A stretch of DNA of 24,000 nucleotides from Streptomyces phage Tomas, in sequence record OL829978.1, one strand, 5' to 3'. The notes under the pieces are model-generated. The model was not told where the DNA came from and did no database searches. It saw only the letters and a list, made by a program, of their open reading frames with translations. Of the stretch, positions 1 to 7,352 are shown piece after piece (within the stretch, counting starts at the first letter, position 1; each line of letters starts with the position of its first letter). Made by a program: the position numbers and the translations under genes.

Positions 1-2
1 AT

Positions 3-203
3 CGCAACGCATCTGGTCAGTATGAAACTCAGTATTACACACGAGTGGCATACAGGCAAAAGGGATACGGCAGCAGACTCATGCGACATGTAAAGAAGTT
101 TGCTGATAAGCCCGTGGTAATGCCTCATGATTATCGCAGTCGTAAGTTCTTCCAGAAGTACGAGAATTCTGTAGTCGTAAATAGTCAATACAACCTTTAC
201 TGA
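3..203 (+). CDS. C-terminal part of a GNAT-like acetyltransferase (partial, runs off window start)
   Basis: Frame 3 is open from the window edge to TGA 201-203: RNASGQYETQYYTRVAYRQKGYGSRLMRHVKKFADKPVVMPHDYRSRKFFQKYENSVVVNSQYNLY. The RxxGYGSRLM segment resembles GNAT motif A. Missing from the supplied ORF track. Confidence 0.5.
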   Translation, partial: RNASGQYETQYYTRVAYRQKGYGSRLMRHVKKFADKPVVMPHDYRSRKFFQKYENSVVVNSQYNLY

Positions 204-213
204 AAGGCAACAA

Positions 214-429
214 ATGACCACCAAGGTTAAGGCTTTCGAGCTTAAGTCCACTGACAAGGCCAACTTCTTCAACCTGTATGTTGCAGGTGAGTGGAAGGCT
301 CTTGTTGAGACCAGCAAGGTTGGTCGCAAGACTAACTTCCGAGTCCACGGTGGGAAGCGTAACTTCTCTGATTTCGTTGGCACCAAGGCGGAGTTCACCA
401 CCTTTGCCAAGGAGACCTACTCCAAGTAA
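214..429 (+). CDS. hypothetical protein
   Basis: 71 aa ORF, ATG start, tightly packed downstream of previous ORF. Confidence 0.65.
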   Translation: MTTKVKAFELKSTDKANFFNLYVAGEWKALVETSKVGRKTNFRVHGGKRNFSDFVGTKAEFTTFAKETYSK

Positions 430-437
430 GGAGTATC

Positions 438-686
438 ATGTACGAAAGAATTGTGGCAAGTGACACTCTAACGTGTGGTGCTTGCCCGGTTGTTTATGAG
501 GGCGAAACCAGAGATGGTCAGCCCTTTTACTTTCGCCTCCGACACGGTGTTGCAAGGCTAGTCCTTGAAGACACAAAAGAGGCGGCAGTAATGGATGCAA
601 TCAATGAGAGAGATGGCGTATGCTCTTTCGAAGAGTACAAAGAGATGTTTCTACGCCTGTACCTTGAGATTGTAATGGCTCGCTAG
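438..686 (+). CDS. hypothetical protein
   Basis: 82 aa ORF with AAGGAG upstream of ATG 438. Confidence 0.7.
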   Translation: MYERIVASDTLTCGACPVVYEGETRDGQPFYFRLRHGVARLVLEDTKEAAVMDAINERDGVCSFEEYKEMFLRLYLEIVMAR

Positions 687-694
687 AGCCACCA

Positions 695-765
695 TGCCGT
701 ATAGTTCAATTGGCAGAGCATACGCCCTGATCAGGCAAATGATGGTTCGAGTCCATCTGCGGCAG
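695..765 (+). tRNA. tRNA, most likely Ile(GAT); anticodon stem imperfect
   Basis: Acceptor TGCCGTA/TGCGGCA, D-arm GTTC-AATTGGCA-GAGC, T-arm GATGG-TTCGAGT-CCATC, loop CTGATCA (T33, anticodon GAT). Anticodon stem has only 3 good pairs and the variable region is 2 nt. Confidence 0.6.
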
Positions 766-840
766 CCTATTAGACTTCATAACCTTCCTCCTGTTATACT
801 GAGACTGCCTAATTCATCAGAGGCAGGAGGATTGATAATT

Positions 841-1266
841 ATGGATTTTGTAGAACATCTGGGCTACCAATACCTAACTGACCTTCTGACGGAAATCCGC
901 GTAGGCCAGCAGGGATTGGAGGAAAGAATGGCAGACCTAACAACTGAGGTTGCAAACCTCCGTGAGGCAGTAAGCGGTGTTAGCGCACGTGTTGATGCAC
1001 TTGTTGGACCACTTACGGATGCCGTTAGAGAGGCGCAGGATGCCCTTAACGCAGAGCGTGAGGCAGCAGCTAATCTAGCAGCAGCCGAGGACCAGGAAGA
1101 CGTAGAGCAGAACCAGGCACTAGCCGATGCTCAGGCACGCGTTGACCAGGCTCTTAACGATGCCAGCGCAGCCGCAGACAGCATCAGTGCTGAAACTGCA
1201 AGGCTTAATGAAGTTGCTAAGCCAGCAACTCCAGAAGAGCCAGTAGAGCCACCTGTAGAAGGCTAA
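841..1266 (+). CDS. Ala/Glu-rich coiled-coil protein with Pro/Glu tail
   Basis: Probable ATG at 841 rather than track start 694, which would run through the tRNA; heptad-like LTTEVANLREAVSGVSARVDALVGPL followed by Ala-rich helices. Confidence 0.7.
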   Translation: MDFVEHLGYQYLTDLLTEIRVGQQGLEERMADLTTEVANLREAVSGVSARVDALVGPLTDAVREAQDALNAEREAAANLAAAEDQEDVEQNQALADAQARVDQALNDASAAADSISAETARLNEVAKPATPEEPVEPPVEG

Positions 1267-1279
1267 TTCTACAGAGGAG

Positions 1280-1309
1280 TTGACAGCCCCTTCAAGTCTC
1301 ATGTAGACT
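1280..1309 (+). promoter_or_regulatory. sigma70-like promoter
   Basis: TTGACA (1280-1285), 18 bp spacer, TAGACT (1304-1309), immediately upstream of the tRNA gene at 1325. Confidence 0.65.
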
Positions 1310-1324
1310 AGCTGTCATAAGCTT

Positions 1325-1460
1325 GCCCGCGTCGTCTAAGTGGACTAAGGACGCTCTGTTGCATTGCTTCAATCTTTTGTGCACAAGAGGTTGCGGACTT
1401 CTAGTAGCACTGCTAGGATGAGATGACAGAGTAACGGAGGTTCGAATCCTCCCGTGGGTA
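1325..1460 (+). tRNA. tRNA gene with an oversized (68 nt) anticodon loop; possible intron or insertion, isotype undetermined
   Basis: Acceptor GCCCGCG/CGTGGGT, D-arm GTCT-AAGTGGACTAA-GGAC, anticodon stem CTCTG(1354-1358)/CAGAG(1427-1431), T-arm GGAGG-TTCGAAT-CCTCC. The sequence between the anticodon stem halves is 68 nt instead of 7. Confidence 0.6.
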
Positions 1461-1476
1461 CAATTTAAGGAGACCA

Positions 1477-2031
1477 ATGTCTTTTCTCTCTAATCCCGAT
1501 GGACCTCTAGGTTGGCGTGGAAACGACGCACTGATCTGGGCACAAACTGTCCATAAGGCTGAATACAAGCACGCGAAGTTCTTCGCTAATAAGGTTGATA
1601 CTTCTAGATACTGGAAGATCACCAAAGAGGATCTTGACCGATGCATCGCCTGGTATGAACAGGACAAGGAAGAGATCGAATGTATCTTCTGTAAGATTGT
1701 CCGAGGTGAATCGCCAGTCGATCTTGTTTGGGATGATTACTCCGCATGGGTAATTCGTCCATTGCAGCCGGTGGTTGAAGATCACGTTATTGTGATTCCC
1801 ACTAGGCATCAACGAGACTTTGCTACTCCGTATAAGGGTGCCAACTTTGCCCCACACACGATGACAACTGCTTCTGAGTATGCAGCAAAGTTTCCGGATC
1901 GAGACTACAATCTCATTACTTCCAAAGGCACAGCAGCCACGCAGAGCGTTTTCCACCTGCACATTCACCTTGTTCCACGTGTAAAGGGTGATGGGCTTAA
2001 GCTTCCTTGGTCTGGACAACACTTTAAGTGA
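1477..2031 (+). CDS. HIT-family hydrolase/nucleotidyltransferase with N-terminal extension
   Basis: ECIFCKIVRGE N-terminal HIT signature and histidine triad HLHIHLVPR; about 70 aa extension of unknown function. Confidence 0.85.
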   Translation: MSFLSNPDGPLGWRGNDALIWAQTVHKAEYKHAKFFANKVDTSRYWKITKEDLDRCIAWYEQDKEEIECIFCKIVRGESPVDLVWDDYSAWVIRPLQPVVEDHVIVIPTRHQRDFATPYKGANFAPHTMTTASEYAAKFPDRDYNLITSKGTAATQSVFHLHIHLVPRVKGDGLKLPWSGQHFK

Positions 2032-2037
2032 GGAACA

Positions 2038-2238
2038 ATGAACGGTTATATTCTCAAGCAAGGTAGTCAGTTCGTTGCTTTGGACGTTATCTCCGGTGGC
2101 TACCCCTACTTGACTGACAAGCCTCTGGATGCTAAGCTTTGGACTACAGTCGATGAGGCGAAGAGCTACAATCGAATGTTCAAAAACGTTTATACTGTTT
2201 GTGAGGTGAAGATCAATGTCGAAATCAATGAAGTGTGA
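2038..2238 (+). CDS. hypothetical protein
   Basis: 66 aa ORF with GAGGAAC upstream of ATG. Confidence 0.6.
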
Positions 2239-2289
2239 TCCTGGTTAAGTAGCTCGCAAGAGTTACAAATTAAACTAGGAGATGATAGC

Positions 2290-2580
2290 ATGGCCACTGG
2301 CAAAGAGCGTGGTTTCAAGGACTGGAAGGGTTCTAAGGAATTCCGTCGCAGTGCTCGTAACTACACCGAATCCGACGAAATTAAGCGCGCCTCTTCCAAA
2401 AGCAAGAATACTAAGAAGTGGTGCAAGGGAAAGGTTGGTCGCAAGCACACTCTCGCCCTTTACAATAAGTATGTCTGGACTACCAGTCACAAGTGCGTTA
2501 ATTGTGGCAAGGAACTCTGGGACATCAGGAAGCGTGAGGATTTCGACTACGTTCCCATGACTTGGGAAGAGTTTCACTGA
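2290..2580 (+). CDS. hypothetical protein with CxxC motif
   Basis: 96 aa ORF containing HKCVNCGKELW. Confidence 0.6.
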   Translation: MATGKERGFKDWKGSKEFRRSARNYTESDEIKRASSKSKNTKKWCKGKVGRKHTLALYNKYVWTTSHKCVNCGKELWDIRKREDFDYVPMTWEEFH

Positions 2581-2771
2581 TGCAACTCAAGATGTACGCT
2601 ATTGCCTGTGATCAGACCGAAGCAGTTAAAAACTGTTTCACAGGCAAGTACACCAATCAACCGTTTTGGCCTCAATACAAGAGTTTGGTTCCATATCTGG
2701 AGCAAGCCAAAGAGGACCATCCCGATCTTAAACACATGTTGAAGATCTTTGTGATTAAGGTGAGTGATTAA
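2580..2771 (+). CDS. hypothetical protein
   Basis: Likely ATG at 2580 overlapping upstream stop (TGATG). Confidence 0.6.
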   Translation: MQLKMYAIACDQTEAVKNCFTGKYTNQPFWPQYKSLVPYLEQAKEDHPDLKHMLKIFVIKVSD

Positions 2772-3042
2772 ATTGGCCGGAAACAAGAACAGCCGCAAGA
2801 AGTGGATTTGTCTAGACTGTGATCTGGACACTGGCAAAGCTGGTGAACACTTCTTTCTGATCAACGAGGTGTGGACCTTGACAGGTCTAGGGCACAAGGG
2901 TATGCTTTGTGTAGAACACGTTGAGAAGAGGATCGGCAGGTGTCTTGTTCCGGCCGATTTTTCGTCTGCCTACATCAACAGGTTGACCTTCGGATTCAAG
3001 TCTGATAGGCTGATCTCACGACTTACAAACAAGGAGGGCTGA
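2764..3042 (+). CDS. hypothetical zinc-binding-like protein
   Basis: CLDCD, MLCVEHVEKRIGRC; GTG start, overlaps neighbours by a few nt. Confidence 0.6.
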   Translation: MIKLAGNKNSRKKWICLDCDLDTGKAGEHFFLINEVWTLTGLGHKGMLCVEHVEKRIGRCLVPADFSSAYINRLTFGFKSDRLISRLTNKEG

Positions 3043-4139
3043 TGAAGTACACCGACATTTTCTCAAAGGCTTTGCTGGACGAGATGATCGCGGGAGGATT
3101 TGTCCGGGTGCAGACTCACCCTGTTCTTCCGCTTCGAATTCTGAACTACTCTGAGATCACTCAGTTCCGTGGCATGTGGAATGCTTGCACTCTTGCTTGC
3201 CGGGGCCTGATCATCGATGAGTTTGACAATGTCATTGCTCGTCCGTTCAATAAGTTCTTCAACATGGGGGACTCGCAGGCGGCTGACATTGACTGGAATG
3301 CTCCGGTTGAGGTGACCGATAAGAAGGACGGCTCAATGGGTATTCTTTACTCCATTCGTCCTTACAACACCGATATGCCTCCTTACGGTCACGAGTACAG
3401 CTTTGCAACTCGTGGAAGCTTTGCATCTGACCAGGCGATTCACGCTACAAAGCTATGGCTGGCAAAGTACAAGAACACTGCTGTTCCGCATGACTGGACG
3501 TTCATTTTCGAGATTGTCTATCCTGACAACCGAATTGTCCTAGACTACGGAGACATGGATGACCTGATCCTGCTTGGTGCAGTTAACAAGCAGCACGGTT
3601 ACGTATACGGTCCTCGCGAGGCTCAGGCTTTGCTAGATTGGAACGGGCCGGTGACTGAGGTCTTCGATTACAGCAATGTTCACGAGGCTGTTGCAGCTCC
3701 GTACAGGGACAACGCAGAGGGACTTGTAATTCGTTCTGGTTCCAAGATGGTTAAGCTTAAGCAGGCTGACTACGTTGAGCTTCACCGATTGATCAGTATG
3801 CTCTCTGAGCGTTCTGTCTGGTCGCAGCTCAAGGATGGTAAGTCTATTGAGCAGATCTGCGAGGCTTTGCCTGACGAGTTCCACGGTTTTGTCAAGGATG
3901 TTGGTGGCAAGCTGATTGCTGAGTTTGACTCTCTTCACGCAGAGGTTGACAAGGTCTTTCGAGGTCTTGTAGACTCTCTAGCAGAGGGATTCACACGACG
4001 TGACTTCGCTTTCGCTGCTAATGGAATTGATCACTTCCGGCCTTACATGTTCAACTTGCTTGACGGTAGGTCGATTGATGAGCTAGTCTGGAAGCAGCTT
4101 CGTCCAGCAGCTAAGACTGAGGACGGATATCCTTCATGA
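3042..4139 (+). CDS. RNA ligase (covalent nucleotidyltransferase family, T4-type)
   Basis: KKDGSMGILY nucleotidyltransferase motif I, CRGLIIDEFDNVIARPFNKFFN, FEIVYPDNRIVLDYGD, EGLVIRSGSKMVKLK. Confidence 0.85.
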   Translation: MKYTDIFSKALLDEMIAGGFVRVQTHPVLPLRILNYSEITQFRGMWNACTLACRGLIIDEFDNVIARPFNKFFNMGDSQAADIDWNAPVEVTDKKDGSMGILYSIRPYNTDMPPYGHEYSFATRGSFASDQAIHATKLWLAKYKNTAVPHDWTFIFEIVYPDNRIVLDYGDMDDLILLGAVNKQHGYVYGPREAQALLDWNGPVTEVFDYSNVHEAVAAPYRDNAEGLVIRSGSKMVKLKQADYVELHRLISMLSERSVWSQLKDGKSIEQICEALPDEFHGFVKDVGGKLIAEFDSLHAEVDKVFRGLVDSLAEGFTRRDFAFAANGIDHFRPYMFNLLDGRSIDELVWKQLRPAAKTEDGYPS

Positions 4140-4423
4140 GAGCAAATGAAGAGTGGAGGGAGGACCCGGTACGCAGAGCAGCCGCAAGGAAGCTTTGTTC
4201 TGACCGGGCCTTTCTTTACAATAAGCTAATCAAAAGTCTGGAAACGGCTCAAATCAGTCTTTACCAGTTGCAGGATTGTGGAGAAGAAAAACCCACAATG
4301 TATCGCAACACAAACTTTGTGTCTCTTATCGAAGACTATAAGAGATCCTACAAGCATTACTCAAATCCAACAGAAACACTAATCGGCAATATGGCCGCTT
4401 TCGGAAAGGGAACAAATGTCTAA
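4136..4423 (+). CDS. hypothetical protein
   Basis: 95 aa ORF overlapping ligase stop. Confidence 0.6.
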   Translation: MRANEEWREDPVRRAAARKLCSDRAFLYNKLIKSLETAQISLYQLQDCGEEKPTMYRNTNFVSLIEDYKRSYKHYSNPTETLIGNMAAFGKGTNV

Positions 4424-4550
4424 TGAGACTTCGAGCAACGAGGCTCTTGCAAACGCTAGCGTCATCGGTCGAGGTGTTTGGGGATGGCTTTCTACTCATC
4501 CTGCTGTCCTCGGCGTATCTGCCTTCGTCATTGGCTTCATGATCGGCTGA
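4416..4550 (+). CDS. small single-TM membrane protein
   Basis: 44 aa ORF MSNETSSNEALANASVIGRGVWGWLSTHPAVLGVSAFVIGFMIG, not in supplied track. Confidence 0.5.
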   Translation: MSNETSSNEALANASVIGRGVWGWLSTHPAVLGVSAFVIGFMIG

Positions 4551-4555
4551 TTGAT

Positions 4556-4648
4556 ATGGGCGAAGAGGCGTTTCGATGTTCAGTGTGTAAGTATCAATTC
4601 CCCTATCATTCTGACGAGTGCCCCTACAATATGAACAACCAGAAGTAG
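4556..4648 (+). CDS. micro zinc-finger-like protein (30 aa)
   Basis: MGEEAFRCSVCKYQFPYHSDECPYNMNNQK with CxxC...HxxxC; not in supplied track. Confidence 0.4.
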   Translation: MGEEAFRCSVCKYQFPYHSDECPYNMNNQK

Positions 4649-4652
4649 CAAG

Positions 4653-4675
4653 AGGACCCTTCGGGGTCCTTTTTG
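4653..4675 (+). terminator. rho-independent terminator
   Basis: AGGACCC-TTCG-GGGTCCT followed by TTTT. Confidence 0.85.
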
Positions 4676-4683
4676 CGTAGAGG

Positions 4684-4712
4684 TTGACACAGCCGCGATG
4701 ATGCACTAGGCT
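4684..4712 (+). promoter_or_regulatory. sigma70-like promoter
   Basis: TTGACA, 17 bp, TAGGCT; lies between the terminator and the kinase gene. Confidence 0.75.
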
Positions 4713-4740
4713 GGAGCTAACAACAACGAAGGAGAAACAA

Positions 4741-5640
4741 GTGCTGCTTATTCTTCGGGGAGTCCCCGGATGTGGCAAGTCCACTTTTGCTCACCAGTGG
4801 CTCAAGGAAGGTGAGCGGCGTGCTCGTGTAAATCGTGATGACATCCGTATGCAGTTCTTCGGTAAGGAGACTGGTGTGGATGAGAACATGGTTACACAGA
4901 TTGAGCACTCACAGGTAGACATGCTTCTTAAGTCTGGCTACTCTGTGGTTGTCGATGACACGAACATTCGTCACGCTTACATCAAGGCTTTCGTAAAGAT
5001 TGCTGCAAAGCATGGTGTGCCGGTTGCTGTAAAGCAGTTCGATGTTGATCTCAAGGTTGCCATTGGACGAAATGCAACTCGTGCGTCTCAGGGTGGTCGT
5101 GACGTTCCGACTCACGTCATTGAGAAGATGCACAAGTCTCTCAAGTCTTCTGGTCAGTTTACTCGTAAGCTGATTGAAGAGTCATGGGGAGCATCTGAGA
5201 TTGCAGAGCCTTACATTCGGCCGGTGGGCAAGGAGAAGGTTTACCTTTTTGACATTGATGGCACTCTTGCCAGCATGTCTGACAGGTCTCCCTTTGACTG
5301 GCCGAAGGTTGCTGATGATGATCCGCGTCCACAGGTGATCGAAACTGCTCGTGCTCACGCTAAGGCAGGCTACAAGATTATCGTTATGAGTGGCCGTGAC
5401 GGTAGCTGTCGCAATGAAACAATCGGATGGCTTGACCTGTACGACATCCCGTTTGATGATTTGTTCATGAGGCCCGAGGGCGACATGCGCAAGGACAACA
5501 TCGTTAAGCAGGAGCTGTTTGATCAGCACATCAGGTTTAACTACAATGTCATTGCCGTCTATGACGACCGTGATCAGGTGGTTGACATGTGGCGTGCGAT
5601 GGGCGTAGACTGTTTTCAAGTCCAGCCCGGAAACTTCTGA
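4741..5640 (+). CDS. polynucleotide kinase / phosphatase (T4 Pnkp-like architecture)
   Basis: N-terminal P-loop RGVPGCGKSTFA plus C-terminal HAD motif VYLFDIDGTLA and YDDRDQVVDMWR; GTG start with AAGGAG. Confidence 0.85.
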   Translation: MLLILRGVPGCGKSTFAHQWLKEGERRARVNRDDIRMQFFGKETGVDENMVTQIEHSQVDMLLKSGYSVVVDDTNIRHAYIKAFVKIAAKHGVPVAVKQFDVDLKVAIGRNATRASQGGRDVPTHVIEKMHKSLKSSGQFTRKLIEESWGASEIAEPYIRPVGKEKVYLFDIDGTLASMSDRSPFDWPKVADDDPRPQVIETARAHAKAGYKIIVMSGRDGSCRNETIGWLDLYDIPFDDLFMRPEGDMRKDNIVKQELFDQHIRFNYNVIAVYDDRDQVVDMWRAMGVDCFQVQPGNF

Positions 5641-5642
5641 TA

Positions 5643-5667
5643 GGGTGGGGCTTCGGCCCCACCCTTT
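5643..5667 (+). terminator. rho-independent terminator
   Basis: GGGTGGGGC-TTCG-GCCCCACCC-TTT, 9 bp perfect stem. Confidence 0.85.
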
Positions 5668-5682
5668 CGTATAAGGAGAATT

Positions 5683-5952
5683 ATGCATGGCGTAGAAATA
5701 ATCCTCTCTATTGATCAAGCGAAGATTCTTCGCTATGCTCTAGAGGGTCATGAAGATCCAGAGATCATTAAGATTCTCAATGGTCTGACAGATGAAATTG
5801 AAAGATCCTGGAATCCAAATCGGGATCAACAGGAGAAGTGTGCATGTTCTCATGCTTATGAGCGCCACTTCGATTCCTATGAAGATATGTATCCAATCGG
5901 TTGCAAGTATTGTGAGTGTGATACCTTTGAGCGAGCCAATGAAGCCAAGTGA
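5683..5952 (+). CDS. hypothetical protein, Cys/His-rich C-terminus
   Basis: 89 aa with CACSHAYERHFDS...GCKYCECDTF; AAGGAG upstream. Confidence 0.65.
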   Translation: MHGVEIILSIDQAKILRYALEGHEDPEIIKILNGLTDEIERSWNPNRDQQEKCACSHAYERHFDSYEDMYPIGCKYCECDTFERANEAK

Positions 5953-6163
5953 TCCAGCATACTGGTTGCTGGAAAATCCAAACATCTATTCGACCCCCAT
6001 TCCTGAGCTTTATCGGGAAAACTGCTACATCTGCGTAGATCCTGAATTTGCTCAGATGGGTATGTCCCTTTGCTACGCTTGCTTTGAGTGTGGTGGACAT
6101 GTTCCGGCTGACGACATAGAGTGTGAGAACGGACACGAGATGGAGCCTGGCGATGTATCCTAA
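5939..6163 (+). CDS. hypothetical zinc-finger-like protein
   Basis: ATG 5939 in the track's 5792 frame gives MKPSDPAYWLLENPNIYST...CYICVD...CYACFECGGHVPADDIECENGHE. Confidence 0.55.
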   Translation: MKPSDPAYWLLENPNIYSTPIPELYRENCYICVDPEFAQMGMSLCYACFECGGHVPADDIECENGHEMEPGDVS

Positions 6164-6392
6164 CCCTGAGAAGTTCAGTAAGATCGAAGTCCGTTTTTGT
6201 ACAGATTCTTACATTGTGCTAGGTATTGACAATATGTCCTGGGGCAAGAATACTGTAATCAAGTCAGGTTTCAAGAGCAAGCAGGTTGCGGAAGCTTGGA
6301 TGAACGTGTATCTTGAGAAGTACGTCAAGTCGCACTGCTTCCCGCAGTACGTTGAGGGATACGAGTTCGAACCGCTTGACACGGACCACTGA
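6153..6392 (+). CDS. hypothetical protein
   Basis: MYPNPEKFSKIEVRFC...; ATG 6153 overlapping preceding stop region. Confidence 0.6.
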   Translation: MYPNPEKFSKIEVRFCTDSYIVLGIDNMSWGKNTVIKSGFKSKQVAEAWMNVYLEKYVKSHCFPQYVEGYEFEPLDTDH

Positions 6393-6404
6393 GTCCGGTA
6401 GAGT
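6376..6404 (+). promoter_or_regulatory. sigma70-like promoter
   Basis: TTGACA, 17 bp, TAGAGT, upstream of lipoprotein gene. Confidence 0.7.
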
Positions 6405-6435
6405 AGTAACTACAAACAACGACGAAGGGTCGCGA

Positions 6436-6906
6436 ATGAACAAGAACTTCCTAGTCCCGGCAGCTATCGCTTCTACTCTGGTCGGTGCTCTTGTACTGAC
6501 CGGCTGTTCTCAGGAGCCGAGTGACGGTTTCAAGAAGCAGTGCAAGAAGGCTGGTGGAACTATCGAGCGAGAGAACGACTATGACGCTCTGGGAATGGGT
6601 CCGGTTGGTTTCGGTGTTCCAAAGCCTCCTTCCCCTGCTAAGCCTGCGGCACCTGCTCCAAGGCCCGCACCTGCGGCTCCGAAGCCGGTTCAGAAGGCAC
6701 CGAAGGTGGAGCTTCCCAAGACTTCCAAGCTTCCGAAGAACGATGCTCCTAAGTCTGCAAAGACTCAGGAGCCTGTTCCGAAGGCATCTCCTACGGGCGG
6801 CCTGGCCCTTGCTCCGGCTAAGGGCAAGAAGCGTGGCAAGAAGCACGATGACAACGACTTCCTTTGTGTCAAGAACGGCAACGTTCTTTTCGAAGAGGAT
6901 GAGTGA
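6436..6906 (+). CDS. secreted lipoprotein with Pro/Ala/Lys-rich linker
   Basis: MNKNFLVPAAIASTLVGALVLTGC lipobox; PKPPSPAKPAAPAPRPAPAAPKPVQKAP repeats; Cys in C-terminus. Confidence 0.75.
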   Translation: MNKNFLVPAAIASTLVGALVLTGCSQEPSDGFKKQCKKAGGTIERENDYDALGMGPVGFGVPKPPSPAKPAAPAPRPAPAAPKPVQKAPKVELPKTSKLPKNDAPKSAKTQEPVPKASPTGGLALAPAKGKKRGKKHDDNDFLCVKNGNVLFEEDE

Positions 6907-7076
6907 TGAGTTACGACACCTCTACCAAGGTAGTCGTAAAGGGTCACGGTAAGGGTACCATAACGGCTGTTGCAAAAGACATGCTATATGGTGTTACCAC
7001 CAAGAAGTTCGTAGTTGAACTTGCTAAAGGCGGTAAGGTTACAGTGGTCAGAGAGCAATTGAAGAAAGGGAAGTAA
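6906..7076 (+). CDS. hypothetical protein (56 aa)
   Basis: MSYDTSTKVVVKGHGKGTITAVAKDMLYGVTTKKFVVELAKGGKVTVVREQLKKGK; TGATG overlap; absent from supplied track. Confidence 0.5.
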   Translation: MSYDTSTKVVVKGHGKGTITAVAKDMLYGVTTKKFVVELAKGGKVTVVREQLKKGK

Positions 7077-7084
7077 TTCCCTGA

Positions 7085-7159
7085 GCACCGGTAGACCAAC
7101 TGGTAGGAGTCGCAGTCCTGAGACGGCTGATAGTGTGGGTTCGAATCCCATCCGGTGTA
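7085..7159 (+). tRNA. tRNA with anticodon GAG (nominal Leu) but short variable loop
   Basis: Acceptor GCACCGG/CCGGTGT, anticodon arm CAGTC-CTGAGAC-GGCTG, variable ATAGT, T-arm GTGGG-TTCGAAT-CCCAT. Confidence 0.75.
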
Positions 7160-7166
7160 CGTGAAA

Positions 7167-7352
7167 ATGGGCAGTAGAGTTCAAATCGGTTACTTTGTTG
7201 ATGCAAAGACAATGACTGATTATAGTGGCAAAAAGGGTCAGGTGCTCACAAGGGAACGCGGTGGTAAATGGGGCGTTCGAATTGATGGTGTGACTGGACC
7301 CAATAAGGTAATTCCAGAGAATCAACTTACTGAGATTGAGTGGGACGAATGA
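7167..7352 (+). CDS. hypothetical protein
   Basis: MGSRVQIGYFVDAKTMTDYSGKKGQVLTRERGGKWGVRIDG... Confidence 0.6.
   Translation: MGSRVQIGYFVDAKTMTDYSGKKGQVLTRERGGKWGVRIDGVTGPNKVIPENQLTEIEWDE

Noticed and set aside
694-1266. Track start at 694 for the 190 aa ORF
   Set aside because: The first 50 codons run through a tRNA; ATG 841 is a far better start.
1359-1426. Group I intron explanation for the interrupted tRNA
   Set aside because: The insert is about 61 nt, too short for a group I catalytic core.
1507-2061. 184 aa minus-strand ORF
   Set aside because: Antisense shadow of the HIT gene, no recognisable domain or ribosome site; all convincing genes are on the + strand.
2878-2906. TTGACA-17-TATGCT promoter match
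   Set aside because: Lies mid-gene in 2764-3042 with no downstream transcription-unit boundary; possibly chance, kept only as a note.
4326-5718. Minus-strand ORFs 4326-4784, 4717-4908, 4909-5133 and 5182-5718
   Set aside because: Overlap well-supported + strand genes; no domain signal.
6521-6952. 143 aa + strand Ser/Arg-rich ORF
   Set aside because: Alternative frame of the Pro/Ala/Lys-rich lipoprotein gene; typical low-complexity artefact.
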